Virus record (IMG/VR): IMGVR_UViG_3300034101_006325 | Span: 128,001-192,000 of that record | Reading direction: 5' to 3' (one strand) | Source: a virus | Taxonomy: Duplodnaviria; Caudoviricetes | Length of the DNA: 64,000 nucleotides | In this document: piece after piece, positions 47,483 through 57,314 of the stretch | Position numbering within the stretch: position 1 is the stretch's first letter | Layout of the letters: each line of letters opens with the position of its first letter | The notes under the pieces: model-generated | Told to the model about the DNA's origin: nothing | Database searches by the model: none | What the model saw: only the letters and a program-made list of their open reading frames with translations | Program-made: the position numbers and the translations under genes

Positions 47483-49036
47483 ATGACAAAAACTATGCAA
47501 GACTACGGAATCTTGGATGCCAATGAAGAGTTGGTAGAAAGAGCCACACAAATTTTTTTTGATCATAGAAGACACATTCTTTTGACAGGCAAATCCAAGC
47601 ACAAATTTTTAAATTTTGCAGGAGTCAAAGATGAAGAAATGGCCAAAATTGAGATTGAAGATAAGGACAAATACCAGACTTATCATGCTAATTGGATTGA
47701 AGGAATCTTAAAAATATCATTAAGACATTTGAACCTTGATTCCAATTTTTCAAGAAAAACTTACGATCCTGCTGCTTTAGCACCTGACGTAGGAAAACCT
47801 GTTCCGCCTTTAGACTATGATTCGTCTGTAAAATTTTTTATAATTCCTGAAAGCATGTCTGCAAAAGCTGTTCTTTTGTGTTTAGGATTTGACATATCAC
47901 AAGTTCAGCAAAAACAACCAGAAATTGAAGCAAAAATAAAGCCGCATCCAGAACCCGCGTATCCACAGCCAGATCCACCCAGCCCTGAAAATCCAGATTT
48001 TCAGTATACAGACGAAGTAACAGGTCTAAAAGGAAGACAAAAACAAATTCTAGATGGAATAAAAAAATCTTTTAATGACTTTGTACAAAAAATTTCAGAT
48101 GACAAAGAATTAGCAAAATTATCAACATTAGGACCGGTTTATTTTTATCAATCAGCAGGACAGCTACTAATTGATAATTTGCCACCACCCGGTGATCCTA
48201 ATCTTGCTTCTACTGCTTACGCAAATTACGGTGCGCTAATTTCAACAATCGTTAAACCTTTTGTTGCTTCGGCGCTTGGCGTAATCGGTGGATCTTCGGA
48301 GTCAGGTGTAGTTGGTGGATTAGGAGCAAAAGAACCTGATCAAGTAAAAACCCCTGTCACACAAAATTTTTCGAAAGATTCAATAGTCATTGCTATAGGA
48401 ATGGAAGAGAATACATCTCCACCTTTTAGAAGAAAACTATTTAACATTTGTAAAGAATTAAAGATCAATGCTGACGCCTTGGCCGTCATAATAGCAAATG
48501 AATCTGCTGCTTCATTTTCTCCTAGTGTAAGAAGCGGTGAAAACATAAAACCCAAGCCAGGCGGAGGAAAATATACTTGGGGAGAAACTAACAGTCTTTA
48601 CAAAGACAATGAAGGACCAGCTGTAGGTTTAATTCAATTTACAAGCATAGCAATAAAAGAATTAAATCAAAAATTTCCAACTTCATTTGATCCTCCACTG
48701 ACAAAAGAAGTTCTTGGGAAAATGACAGCTGTCGAACAATTAGACGTTGTCAAACTTTATATTAAAAATTGTATCGGTACATTTAAGGATCCCCTTACTG
48801 ATCCTGCTGACGTTTATATTGCAATATTTTTACCACAAACATTAAAAAATAAAAATAAGCCTGTGCTTGCAACAAAAGGTGATGAAACAAAAGCATGGGA
48901 GAACAATAAGGGATTTAGAACAGGCGACGAAATTCTTAGACAAACTTTTGTAGATTTTATGGAGAAAAAACTATCATCCGCAAGACTTCGTGGAAGAATT
49001 TATTGTGATGTACAAAAAACTTTTAAAAGTAGGTAA
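47483..49036 (+). CDS. Tail-associated protein with C-terminal lysozyme-like (SLT-type) domain
   Basis: IIANESAASF (catalytic ES), AVGLIQF, MTAVEQLD, VYIAIFLP. Pro-rich linker in the N-terminal half. Confidence 0.7.
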   Translation: MTKTMQDYGILDANEELVERATQIFFDHRRHILLTGKSKHKFLNFAGVKDEEMAKIEIEDKDKYQTYHANWIEGILKISLRHLNLDSNFSRKTYDPAALAPDVGKPVPPLDYDSSVKFFIIPESMSAKAVLLCLGFDISQVQQKQPEIEAKIKPHPEPAYPQPDPPSPENPDFQYTDEVTGLKGRQKQILDGIKKSFNDFVQKISDDKELAKLSTLGPVYFYQSAGQLLIDNLPPPGDPNLASTAYANYGALISTIVKPFVASALGVIGGSSESGVVGGLGAKEPDQVKTPVTQNFSKDSIVIAIGMEENTSPPFRRKLFNICKELKINADALAVIIANESAASFSPSVRSGENIKPKPGGGKYTWGETNSLYKDNEGPAVGLIQFTSIAIKELNQKFPTSFDPPLTKEVLGKMTAVEQLDVVKLYIKNCIGTFKDPLTDPADVYIAIFLPQTLKNKNKPVLATKGDETKAWENNKGFRTGDEILRQTFVDFMEKKLSSARLRGRIYCDVQKTFKSR

Positions 49037-49063
49037 TAAATTACATCAAAACTTTAATTAGAA

Positions 49064-49540
49064 TTGAAGATGTCAAATTATAAATTCAAAAGCGTTGGAA
49101 CGACCGCACAAAAAAGGTTCGAAGAAACAGTAGATGTTTCAGTGGTTCCGATTGGAATTAGAACACCGCTTCAGCTGGATGATTCAGGTGAAGGGCTTCT
49201 TTCAATGAATTATAATAATGCCGAACAAATTGCAGATAATTTAAGAAATTTATTAATGACAAACTGGGGTGAAAGACTGGGCCTTTATGATTTTGGCGCC
49301 AATCTCAGACCTCTCACGACAGAATACTCAAGTCAAGATGCATTTGATGAAGAAGCAATTGCTAGAATAAGAAATGCAGTTTCAAAATGGATGCCTTATA
49401 TAGAATTAAATAATTTTGAATCAAGCTTTGAAAGATATGAAAATAGGAGCACAGCAATAATTTATATAAAAGTTACTTACAATATTCCGAGCTTAAATGC
49501 TTATGATCAGAAAATTCAAGTCAATTTATATGTAATATGA
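49064..49540 (+). CDS. Baseplate wedge protein, T4 gp25/GPW-like
   Basis: NLRNLLMTNWGERLGLYDFGANL, WMPYIEL. Start probably ATG 49070. Confidence 0.85.
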   Translation: MKMSNYKFKSVGTTAQKRFEETVDVSVVPIGIRTPLQLDDSGEGLLSMNYNNAEQIADNLRNLLMTNWGERLGLYDFGANLRPLTTEYSSQDAFDEEAIARIRNAVSKWMPYIELNNFESSFERYENRSTAIIYIKVTYNIPSLNAYDQKIQVNLYVI

Positions 49541-49549
49541 AGTAAAGCC

Positions 49550-51406
49550 ATGGCCGTAGACAATAAAAAAAATACAACAGATGTTAGACAAAGAAGATAC
49601 CTCGGAAGAGACTTCGATTCCTTTCGATCTACTCTACTCGATTATGCACGTCAATATTATCCAAATAAAATTCAAGATTTTTCAGAGTCATCTGTTGGCG
49701 GTCTTTTTTTGGACATGGCATCATATGTGGGCGACAATTTATCATTTTATTTAGACCATCTATACGGAGAACTAAATTACGAAACTGCTGTAGAGACGTC
49801 AAGCATAGAAAATGCTCTTAATTTAGCAAATATACCAATCAATGGAACAGCAGCTGCCACTGTCAATGTCTCGGTTTATATAGAAATACCAGTTTTAAAT
49901 GATGGAGATGTAAGTCCAAATGTGAATCTTCTTCCAATTATTAAAGCAGGAACTAAATTCCTATCAAATGCAGGAATTGAATTTACACTTATAGAAGATA
50001 TAGAATTTGCTTATGACGAATTAAAAAATGGAAATTATATTCTTCATCCCAAAGCAGTAAAAATTGTTAGTAAGACTAACAACCTAGGACAACCCACATC
50101 TTATATCCTAGTTCATAAAGGAATTTGCACATCTGCATCTGAGCGTACAGACACATTTAAAATTGGCAACTTTATTCCTTTTAGAAGGCTCACATTGACA
50201 CAATCAAATGTAACTGAAATTGTAAAAATTTATGATGATTTTGGAAATGATTATTATGAAGTAAGTGCATTGACTAACGATGTCGTCTACAAAAATGTTT
50301 TAAATAAATCATATGATTCATCTTTAGTAAAAGATGGTTTAAAAGTGATACCTGCACCATATAGATTTATAAAAAGAACACGTCTTGAAGATAGAAAAAC
50401 CATTCTAACATTTGGAGGAGGAAATGCCAATACTCTCGAAGATGATATCATCCCAGACCCTTCGGAATTTGCTATTTCATTTCCATATTCCAAAACTTTT
50501 TCAAGAGTGTCAGTCAATCCTGAGAAATTATTAACAACAAATACATTAGGAGTTGCTGCTGCAGATACCACCGTTACAGTAATTTATAGACACGGAGGCG
50601 GTCTATTCCATAATGTGGGCCCTGGTTCAATAACAAGCGTTTCTAATTTGATTATAGAATTCCCAAAAAATCCTGTTAATTATGATGTCAATAGAATTAG
50701 AAATACAATCGAAGTATTAAATGATGAATTCGCATCTGGCGGTGAAGATGCTTTAACAATTGACGAACTGGCTGCATTAATTCCTACTGTAAAAGGCTCG
50801 CAAGAAAGAATTGTAACTAAAGAGGATCTCTTGGCGAGAGTTTATACAATGCCGTCAAATTTAGGCAGGGTATTTCGTGCAGCAATTGTGAACAGTCCTA
50901 CAAATCCATTAGCAACTCAGCTTTACATTGCTTCAAGAGATTCTAACGGATTTTTAATTCCATCGACCGATACATTAAAATCAAATATTAAAAAATATCT
51001 CAATTCTTATAGAATGATATCGGATTCAATAGAAATTCTTGATTCTCAAGTTGTCAATCTTCAATTAAAATTTTCTGTTGTAGTAGATCCTTCTCTCAAT
51101 AAATCAACAGTCCTAACAGAAGTCTTAAGAAAGTTACAAAATAAATTTTCCTTAAGTAAAATGTATATTGACCAGCCAATCATAATATCAGAAGTTGTAA
51201 ATTTAATATTTACAGTTCAAGGAATTATCGCTGTAGACGACGTTATGTTTACTAATATTAGTAATATAACAAATAATAGAGTGTATAGCGACGTAATTCA
51301 TGATGTAAAAGCTTATACAAAAAGACAATTTGTTTTTCCACCAACGGGCGGAATTTTTGAAATAAGATACCCAGATGTTGATATTATTGCAAAGGTTGTG
51401 ACATAA
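49550..51406 (+). CDS. Baseplate wedge protein, T4 gp6-like
   Basis: RDFDSFRSTLLDY, DFSESSVGGLFLDMASYVGDNLSFYLD, ASGGEDA, RIVTKED. Confidence 0.85.
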   Translation: MAVDNKKNTTDVRQRRYLGRDFDSFRSTLLDYARQYYPNKIQDFSESSVGGLFLDMASYVGDNLSFYLDHLYGELNYETAVETSSIENALNLANIPINGTAAATVNVSVYIEIPVLNDGDVSPNVNLLPIIKAGTKFLSNAGIEFTLIEDIEFAYDELKNGNYILHPKAVKIVSKTNNLGQPTSYILVHKGICTSASERTDTFKIGNFIPFRRLTLTQSNVTEIVKIYDDFGNDYYEVSALTNDVVYKNVLNKSYDSSLVKDGLKVIPAPYRFIKRTRLEDRKTILTFGGGNANTLEDDIIPDPSEFAISFPYSKTFSRVSVNPEKLLTTNTLGVAAADTTVTVIYRHGGGLFHNVGPGSITSVSNLIIEFPKNPVNYDVNRIRNTIEVLNDEFASGGEDALTIDELAALIPTVKGSQERIVTKEDLLARVYTMPSNLGRVFRAAIVNSPTNPLATQLYIASRDSNGFLIPSTDTLKSNIKKYLNSYRMISDSIEILDSQVVNLQLKFSVVVDPSLNKSTVLTEVLRKLQNKFSLSKMYIDQPIIISEVVNLIFTVQGIIAVDDVMFTNISNITNNRVYSDVIHDVKAYTKRQFVFPPTGGIFEIRYPDVDIIAKVVT

Positions 51407-52914
51407 TGTATAAATCAATTAAGTCAGACAAAGACACTTACATTACAAATAAATATGTCGCTGGCGTTCAATCAGTAAGCGGCAACGTTGGCATTGCCGG
51501 TTCGTTGGATCTATTTAAACTTTATGGCATAACAAACATTACTAGCGGTTCAACAAAACTTCCTCAGACAGAATTAAGTCGTTTATTAATTCATTTTGAT
51601 ATTGATCAAATTAAAGATTTAATTTCTTCGGGTAAAATAGACATAACAGACTCAAGTTTTAAATGTTATCTTTCACTAAAAGATGTTTACGGAGGTCAAC
51701 CTACTCCTAGTAATTTTACATTAGAAGTTTATCCTTTGTCTGCGTCTTTTATAGAAGGTTTTGGCAAAGATTCATCATATTACTCTGACAAAGATTCATC
51801 AAATTTTTTATCTTCATCCTACGGAGTGCCATGGAACGGAGAAGGATGTTCTGTTCCATGTTTTTCAACAGGATCCGGAGATTATATAACTTCTTCACTT
51901 ACAATTGCTACTTCATCAGCAAGTCAATATTTCAAAACGGGTGAAGAAGATCTGTTGGTAGATGTAACAAAAATAATATCTGCAACAGTAATAAATGATT
52001 TGCCCGATCAAGGTTTTAGAATATCATTTAGTCAACAGCAGGAGAATGATACTAATACATACTTTGTCAAAAGATTTGGAAGTCGTCAATGTTATGATGA
52101 AACCAAACAACCAGAATTAATAGTAAAATTTGATGATTCAATAGAAGATGATTCATCAAATTTTTTCATTGAAAAACAGGCAAATATATTTTTATACAGC
52201 TACAATGATTATCTGCCAGACAATTTGTTGTCTGGCAGTACCTCTTTAACAGGTAGCAATTGTTTAAAATTAGAACTTCAAACAGAAGTTTCAGGCATCG
52301 GAAAATATTCCCTAGAATTTTCAGAATCGCAATACTTGAGAGGTCAAAATTATCTAACGGGTGTTTATCAATCTTACGTGTCTGCCTCGCTTTTTGATGT
52401 AAATTTAAAACAAGTCTTTGACTTAACTGGCTCAATAATTTTTACTCCCATATGGAAATCACTTGATGGAACAATTGCATTTGCGACAGGCAGTAAAATT
52501 ACAGCCAATTCTCCGCAAAGAACTTCAACTAGATTTTCAAAAAAGAACTTTAACGTATCAACAATTTTATTAAATGATGAATTTAAATTAAATCAGCTGA
52601 TAAATGTAAGAGTCAACATATTCGAAGGAGACGATCCATCTGTAATTGCAAAAAGATTGCCTATAACAAATCTTAGTAAAATTGTTAAAAATGCATATTA
52701 TGCTGTAAGAGACATTGCTAGCAATGTTTACGTAATTCCTTTTGACAATGTAGATAATTCAACTAAAATTTCAAGTGATTATGAAGGCATGTATTTTAAC
52801 TTCGATACATCGCCCCTAGTCAAAGGAAAAAACTATGTATTTGACATCATGTTAATGTTAGATAATGTTGAGAAAAAATATTTAGATTCATCAAATCATT
52901 TTAGAATAACATAA
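51406..52914 (+). CDS. Virion/baseplate-associated structural protein
   Basis: KDTYIT, SRLLIHFD, PELIVKFDD. Ser/Thr-rich; TAATG overlap. Confidence 0.55.
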   Translation: MYKSIKSDKDTYITNKYVAGVQSVSGNVGIAGSLDLFKLYGITNITSGSTKLPQTELSRLLIHFDIDQIKDLISSGKIDITDSSFKCYLSLKDVYGGQPTPSNFTLEVYPLSASFIEGFGKDSSYYSDKDSSNFLSSSYGVPWNGEGCSVPCFSTGSGDYITSSLTIATSSASQYFKTGEEDLLVDVTKIISATVINDLPDQGFRISFSQQQENDTNTYFVKRFGSRQCYDETKQPELIVKFDDSIEDDSSNFFIEKQANIFLYSYNDYLPDNLLSGSTSLTGSNCLKLELQTEVSGIGKYSLEFSESQYLRGQNYLTGVYQSYVSASLFDVNLKQVFDLTGSIIFTPIWKSLDGTIAFATGSKITANSPQRTSTRFSKKNFNVSTILLNDEFKLNQLINVRVNIFEGDDPSVIAKRLPITNLSKIVKNAYYAVRDIASNVYVIPFDNVDNSTKISSDYEGMYFNFDTSPLVKGKNYVFDIMLMLDNVEKKYLDSSNHFRIT

Positions 52915-52924
52915 AGTTAAAGTC

Positions 52925-55900
52925 ATGACAGTCAATTACAACTCCCCTTACATTCCTTCATTTTTAAAGTCTGCTTTGCAGGACTCAAAGCCGGTATTTT
53001 TGACTTTTAGTGACATTATAGACACAAATGTTACAAGTACTTCTTCTTTCAAATATGAGCCAATAAATTTTCCATTAAAAAATACACAACAACTCAATAT
53101 AGACTGGGAAAATTTTGAAAATCACACATTTTTCTCTTCAGCAGAAGTAAAAGTTAACGTTGCTTTTGATCAGATAATTAATGGTTTTCCTTTTGACGGA
53201 ACAAAAGCAGAAGTAGAAAGATTTTTTGAAAAAATAACGGGATTTGAAAATTGGCTATTTAATCAATTTCCTAAATTCAGTGGCTATTTACATTTTTCTG
53301 GTACCCAGGTCAACGAGGATCCTTCAAATGGATTCGATCCGCTTTTAGGCACGTGGATAAAAACTGCTGATTCATCTGGGTGGCTTTATCCCGACTTGTC
53401 TACAAAGAAAACTGCAAATTCGCATTTAAACATAGATGTAAAAAAATCATTCACCATAGAAGCACAAGTCTTCATACCTGATCAGATCAATGATCGTCAA
53501 GTTATTCTTCAAAAATCTTCCAGCGATAAAACACAATCGTATACTTTTCACTTGGAACCTTCTACTTCTAACGTTGTAGACGCATTTTTTACAATAAACT
53601 CCGGGAGTACAAATAACTTTGTCAGTGCATCTCTAAAAAAAGGCAAATTTAATCATGTGTGCATGACACTTAATAAAGAAACTGGAAAAAATCTCATGCA
53701 ATTTTTTGTTGATGAAGAACTAATAACTACATCGAACAAAGATAAATTTTTTGGGACAATGGATGACAAATCTGAACTTTACATAGGGTCAGGATCATCA
53801 TTCTACAAAGAGTCAACATTATTCTATCCTCAGCAAACATTTAGCGGTTCAATTGATGAATTAAGAATTTTTCAGTCAACAAGAACAATTGCACAGCAGA
53901 AAATTTATGCAACAAAAGGCCTTTATGCCTCTAATGAACTAAAACTATATTATAGATTTAACGAACCAAACTCGCTATTTTCTAACACGCTTGCTGATGA
54001 AATAAACTCTATAGTTTTAGACAGCTCAGGAAATGCATTACATGCAAATATTTCAAATTACGATCTAAGTCTTAGAAAATCAACGGACGAAGATCCGCTT
54101 AATCCTGTAAAAAACGAGAGAAAAGAATTTAAAATAACACTTTTCCCGGGCAATCAAGATGTCATAGATTTAAATACAAGATTGTTGCAATCTGCAAGTC
54201 TTTATGATCAGGAAAATCCAAATCTTATAACTAAACTAATTCCTAGACATTATTTGAGAGCAGGTGCGCTTTCAGAAGGCTACCCAGAAAGAAAAATTAT
54301 AGGTTTTACAGGAGATCCTTACCAAGGAGAAGGATTGCCGGGGACATCAAAGCTAGGATCAACACAAATAATGTTAACATTTTTGTATATATGGTCAAAA
54401 TTTTTTGACGAAATCAAATTATTTGTTGATTCATTTAAAACACTTAGAACAGTTGATTATGATAAGATCGATACAGTCCCAGATAATTTTTTAAATGATT
54501 TTATCAGATCATACGGCGTTTACCTTCCTCCATTTTTCAATGGTTCAAATATAAAGCAATACGTCGATGCAGAAGATATTACTGAGGTAGGCATCAGCAA
54601 TTATTCATTAAAAGAAGTTCAAACTCAAATTCTTAGAAGAATTTTGGTAAATATTCCCGATATCTTGAGATCAAAAGGCACTCAGCACAGCATAAGAGCT
54701 TTTCTTCGTTCTGTCGGGATAGATCCTGACAATAGTGTTAGGATCAGAGAATTTGGTGGGCCAAGCGTAAGAAATATTTCTTCAAATAGAGAAACAAGAA
54801 CAGATGTAATTGCATCAGCTAACTGTGTGACTTCTTCGCTTGTACTCTCAAATTATTTAACTGCATCAAGGATAGAACCTGGTTATCCTGAAATATCTGG
54901 TATTTTTGTTGATGGTGTATCCAACAATCCTAACGATGGACTTCTTACATCTGGCTCATGGACATTTGAGGGCCTCTACAAATTTGGACCAAATAATTTA
55001 AAGAAAATAGACAAAGATCAATCTTTATTTAGACTTGAAACAACAGGATCTGCTGCAACTTCAAAAAATGGTGTAATTGTTAACGTAGTTGCTCCCATTA
55101 ATTCTGGCTCAGTCTATGCATACATTAGGCCCGGCATGTCTACAAATTCGCCTATGTTGACCTTGTCGGTGCCTGCAAATATTTTTAATGGTGATTCTTG
55201 GAATATTTCTGTCGGTTGTGACAGAAATGATTCAATTGACAGCTTTGTTTCTTCTTCATACTTTTTAAGAGCAGCAAATCAAAATGCAGGAGAAATAAAT
55301 GACATTTACACAACATCTTCGTTTTTTTATGAAAAATATAGTTCAGAAAACAATGCTCTACAATCGCTAGATAGTTCTTATAATGCATCTGGCTCTTTCA
55401 TAAAGATCGGCGGAAATCAATCACCACCAGCAAGTTCAATGGGCTACGTATTTTTAAATGATACTCTTACAGCTCCAATTGTTGCAAGATCATATCAATA
55501 TGTTGGTCAAGTTAGCAATTTGAAGTTTTGGTCAAAAGGTATAAAAGAAAATGAATGGAGAGAACACGTAAGAAATCACAAGTCTGTAGGAGTAGAAAAT
55601 GCTCTCCTGAATTACAATTACGTGTCAAATTTGAGCGGATCCTTCGAAAAATTAAGAATTCATACAATTTTAAAACAAGAAAATTTATATGCAGACAATT
55701 CCGGAGAAATTGTATTCTTAGATTATAGCCAGAACAACTTTCATCTAACAGGGTCAGGATTTGATTCAGAGCAGCGTGTATTAATTGGAGACATAATTCC
55801 TTATAGCTACTTAAGCCCTTATTTTGATGAATATTCTACGTCGGAAAAAGTAAGAATTAGAAGCTTTACAAATGAAGAAAATTTAATAGATGCTCCTTGG

Positions 55901-56383
55901 GCAACCATAGCACCGCTTTACGAATTGTCGCCTGAAGATGTCTCAAATGACGATCCTCGTCTTTCAATAGAATTTTCTTTAATAGACTCTCTCAACAAAG
56001 ACATTATTACAATGTTTTCAGATTTAGATCAAATAGGAAACATTATCGGCAGCCCAGAGCTTATGTTCTCACCTGATTATCCAGGTCTTGAAAAATTAAG
56101 AGACGTATATTTTAACAGAATATCAGATAAGCTAAATTTTAGAGGATTTTTTGAATTTTACAAATGGTTTGACTTGTCAATTAGCACCTTTATTGAGCAA
56201 CTTGTTCCAAGAAAAACTCATTTTAGAGGAACAAATTTTGTCGTAGAATCTCACATGCTCGAAAGAAGCAAAAAAGAATATCATCACGTCGATGGTTACT
56301 TAGGCGATTCAATCAGAGGATATATTGCTGACAAAGACCTAATACAATTACAATTAATTTCTGGCGAAATTAATAAGTACTGA
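52925..56383 (+). CDS. Large LamG-containing baseplate/tail structural protein
   Basis: FTIEAQV, FNHVCMT, FSGSIDELRIF, LYYRFNE; a second LamG-like segment (WNISV, GQVSNLKFWS). Confidence 0.65.
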   Translation: MTVNYNSPYIPSFLKSALQDSKPVFLTFSDIIDTNVTSTSSFKYEPINFPLKNTQQLNIDWENFENHTFFSSAEVKVNVAFDQIINGFPFDGTKAEVERFFEKITGFENWLFNQFPKFSGYLHFSGTQVNEDPSNGFDPLLGTWIKTADSSGWLYPDLSTKKTANSHLNIDVKKSFTIEAQVFIPDQINDRQVILQKSSSDKTQSYTFHLEPSTSNVVDAFFTINSGSTNNFVSASLKKGKFNHVCMTLNKETGKNLMQFFVDEELITTSNKDKFFGTMDDKSELYIGSGSSFYKESTLFYPQQTFSGSIDELRIFQSTRTIAQQKIYATKGLYASNELKLYYRFNEPNSLFSNTLADEINSIVLDSSGNALHANISNYDLSLRKSTDEDPLNPVKNERKEFKITLFPGNQDVIDLNTRLLQSASLYDQENPNLITKLIPRHYLRAGALSEGYPERKIIGFTGDPYQGEGLPGTSKLGSTQIMLTFLYIWSKFFDEIKLFVDSFKTLRTVDYDKIDTVPDNFLNDFIRSYGVYLPPFFNGSNIKQYVDAEDITEVGISNYSLKEVQTQILRRILVNIPDILRSKGTQHSIRAFLRSVGIDPDNSVRIREFGGPSVRNISSNRETRTDVIASANCVTSSLVLSNYLTASRIEPGYPEISGIFVDGVSNNPNDGLLTSGSWTFEGLYKFGPNNLKKIDKDQSLFRLETTGSAATSKNGVIVNVVAPINSGSVYAYIRPGMSTNSPMLTLSVPANIFNGDSWNISVGCDRNDSIDSFVSSSYFLRAANQNAGEINDIYTTSSFFYEKYSSENNALQSLDSSYNASGSFIKIGGNQSPPASSMGYVFLNDTLTAPIVARSYQYVGQVSNLKFWSKGIKENEWREHVRNHKSVGVENALLNYNYVSNLSGSFEKLRIHTILKQENLYADNSGEIVFLDYSQNNFHLTGSGFDSEQRVLIGDIIPYSYLSPYFDEYSTSEKVRIRSFTNEENLIDAPWATIAPLYELSPEDVSNDDPRLSIEFSLIDSLNKDIITMFSDLDQIGNIIGSPELMFSPDYPGLEKLRDVYFNRISDKLNFRGFFEFYKWFDLSISTFIEQLVPRKTHFRGTNFVVESHMLERSKKEYHHVDGYLGDSIRGYIADKDLIQLQLISGEINKY

Positions 56384-56392
56384 AACAAACTT

Positions 56393-57313
56393 ATGGCCAA
56401 TTTTCAGAGAAATTATTATTCAACTGATCAGCAAATCGACGCCTTAAAACTAAAATGGTTCGATGAAGGGCCAGTAGTCAGACTTTTAGAACAAACACCT
56501 GTTAATTCTCAAGGAATTAATACAAAAAAATTCGATCCTTTTAGACAAGGAACAGAGATTAGACAAGAAAAACACAGTTTTGGAAGTGCTGCAAAAATTA
56601 CACCAGGTACACCTGGTCATTTAATAAGTCCTGTATGTTTTGGTGTCAATAATTTAGATATTATTTCAGAAGATGAATACTACGATGTAGATAATTTTAA
56701 TCCTGTAGACTTTATAAGAGCACAAGAGAAAGAGACAGATCTTTCAAAAATTTTTACATTTCCTATTGTCACTGCTGATTCTAATCAGCTTGAAAATTAT
56801 CTTTTAAACGGAATAATAGAACCTTTTTCAATTAGACCTGTTGCATCATTTTATTCAATAGAACACCCATTCGAATCAAGAACAATTCGTGGAAATTTAT
56901 TGGATGGTAATATCGATCGTTGGTATAGATCAAGCGATCAAATTGTTACAATTGATGATTATCTTGATCTTGTCAATGACGAGTGGTATTATGACTCTTT
57001 TAAATTTTACGAAGAAATATATGCAAATAATAAAATTCCTATCGCATATAAATTAAATCTTGATGACAATGATTACGTAAACAGTAATTTCAATAAATTT
57101 TCTGCTTTTAATGATTCAAAAATTTATCTACAATCAGCAGGAATAACTGTAGAAACTCATGGACAAGATATGATAAATGTGTTTTCAATAATGACTGGTT
57201 CTGCGTACAACTATGTTCCGCCTGGAAAAAAATGTTTTTCGACAGGATTTGATTTTGACAACGAAGGTATAAGCGGTCTAGATTCTCTAGCATTTGGAGG
57301 TTTAACCTATTAA
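56393..57313 (+). CDS. Hypothetical structural protein
   Basis: 306 aa ORF in the structural operon. Confidence 0.55.
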   Translation: MANFQRNYYSTDQQIDALKLKWFDEGPVVRLLEQTPVNSQGINTKKFDPFRQGTEIRQEKHSFGSAAKITPGTPGHLISPVCFGVNNLDIISEDEYYDVDNFNPVDFIRAQEKETDLSKIFTFPIVTADSNQLENYLLNGIIEPFSIRPVASFYSIEHPFESRTIRGNLLDGNIDRWYRSSDQIVTIDDYLDLVNDEWYYDSFKFYEEIYANNKIPIAYKLNLDDNDYVNSNFNKFSAFNDSKIYLQSAGITVETHGQDMINVFSIMTGSAYNYVPPGKKCFSTGFDFDNEGISGLDSLAFGGLTY

Positions 57314-57314
57314 T

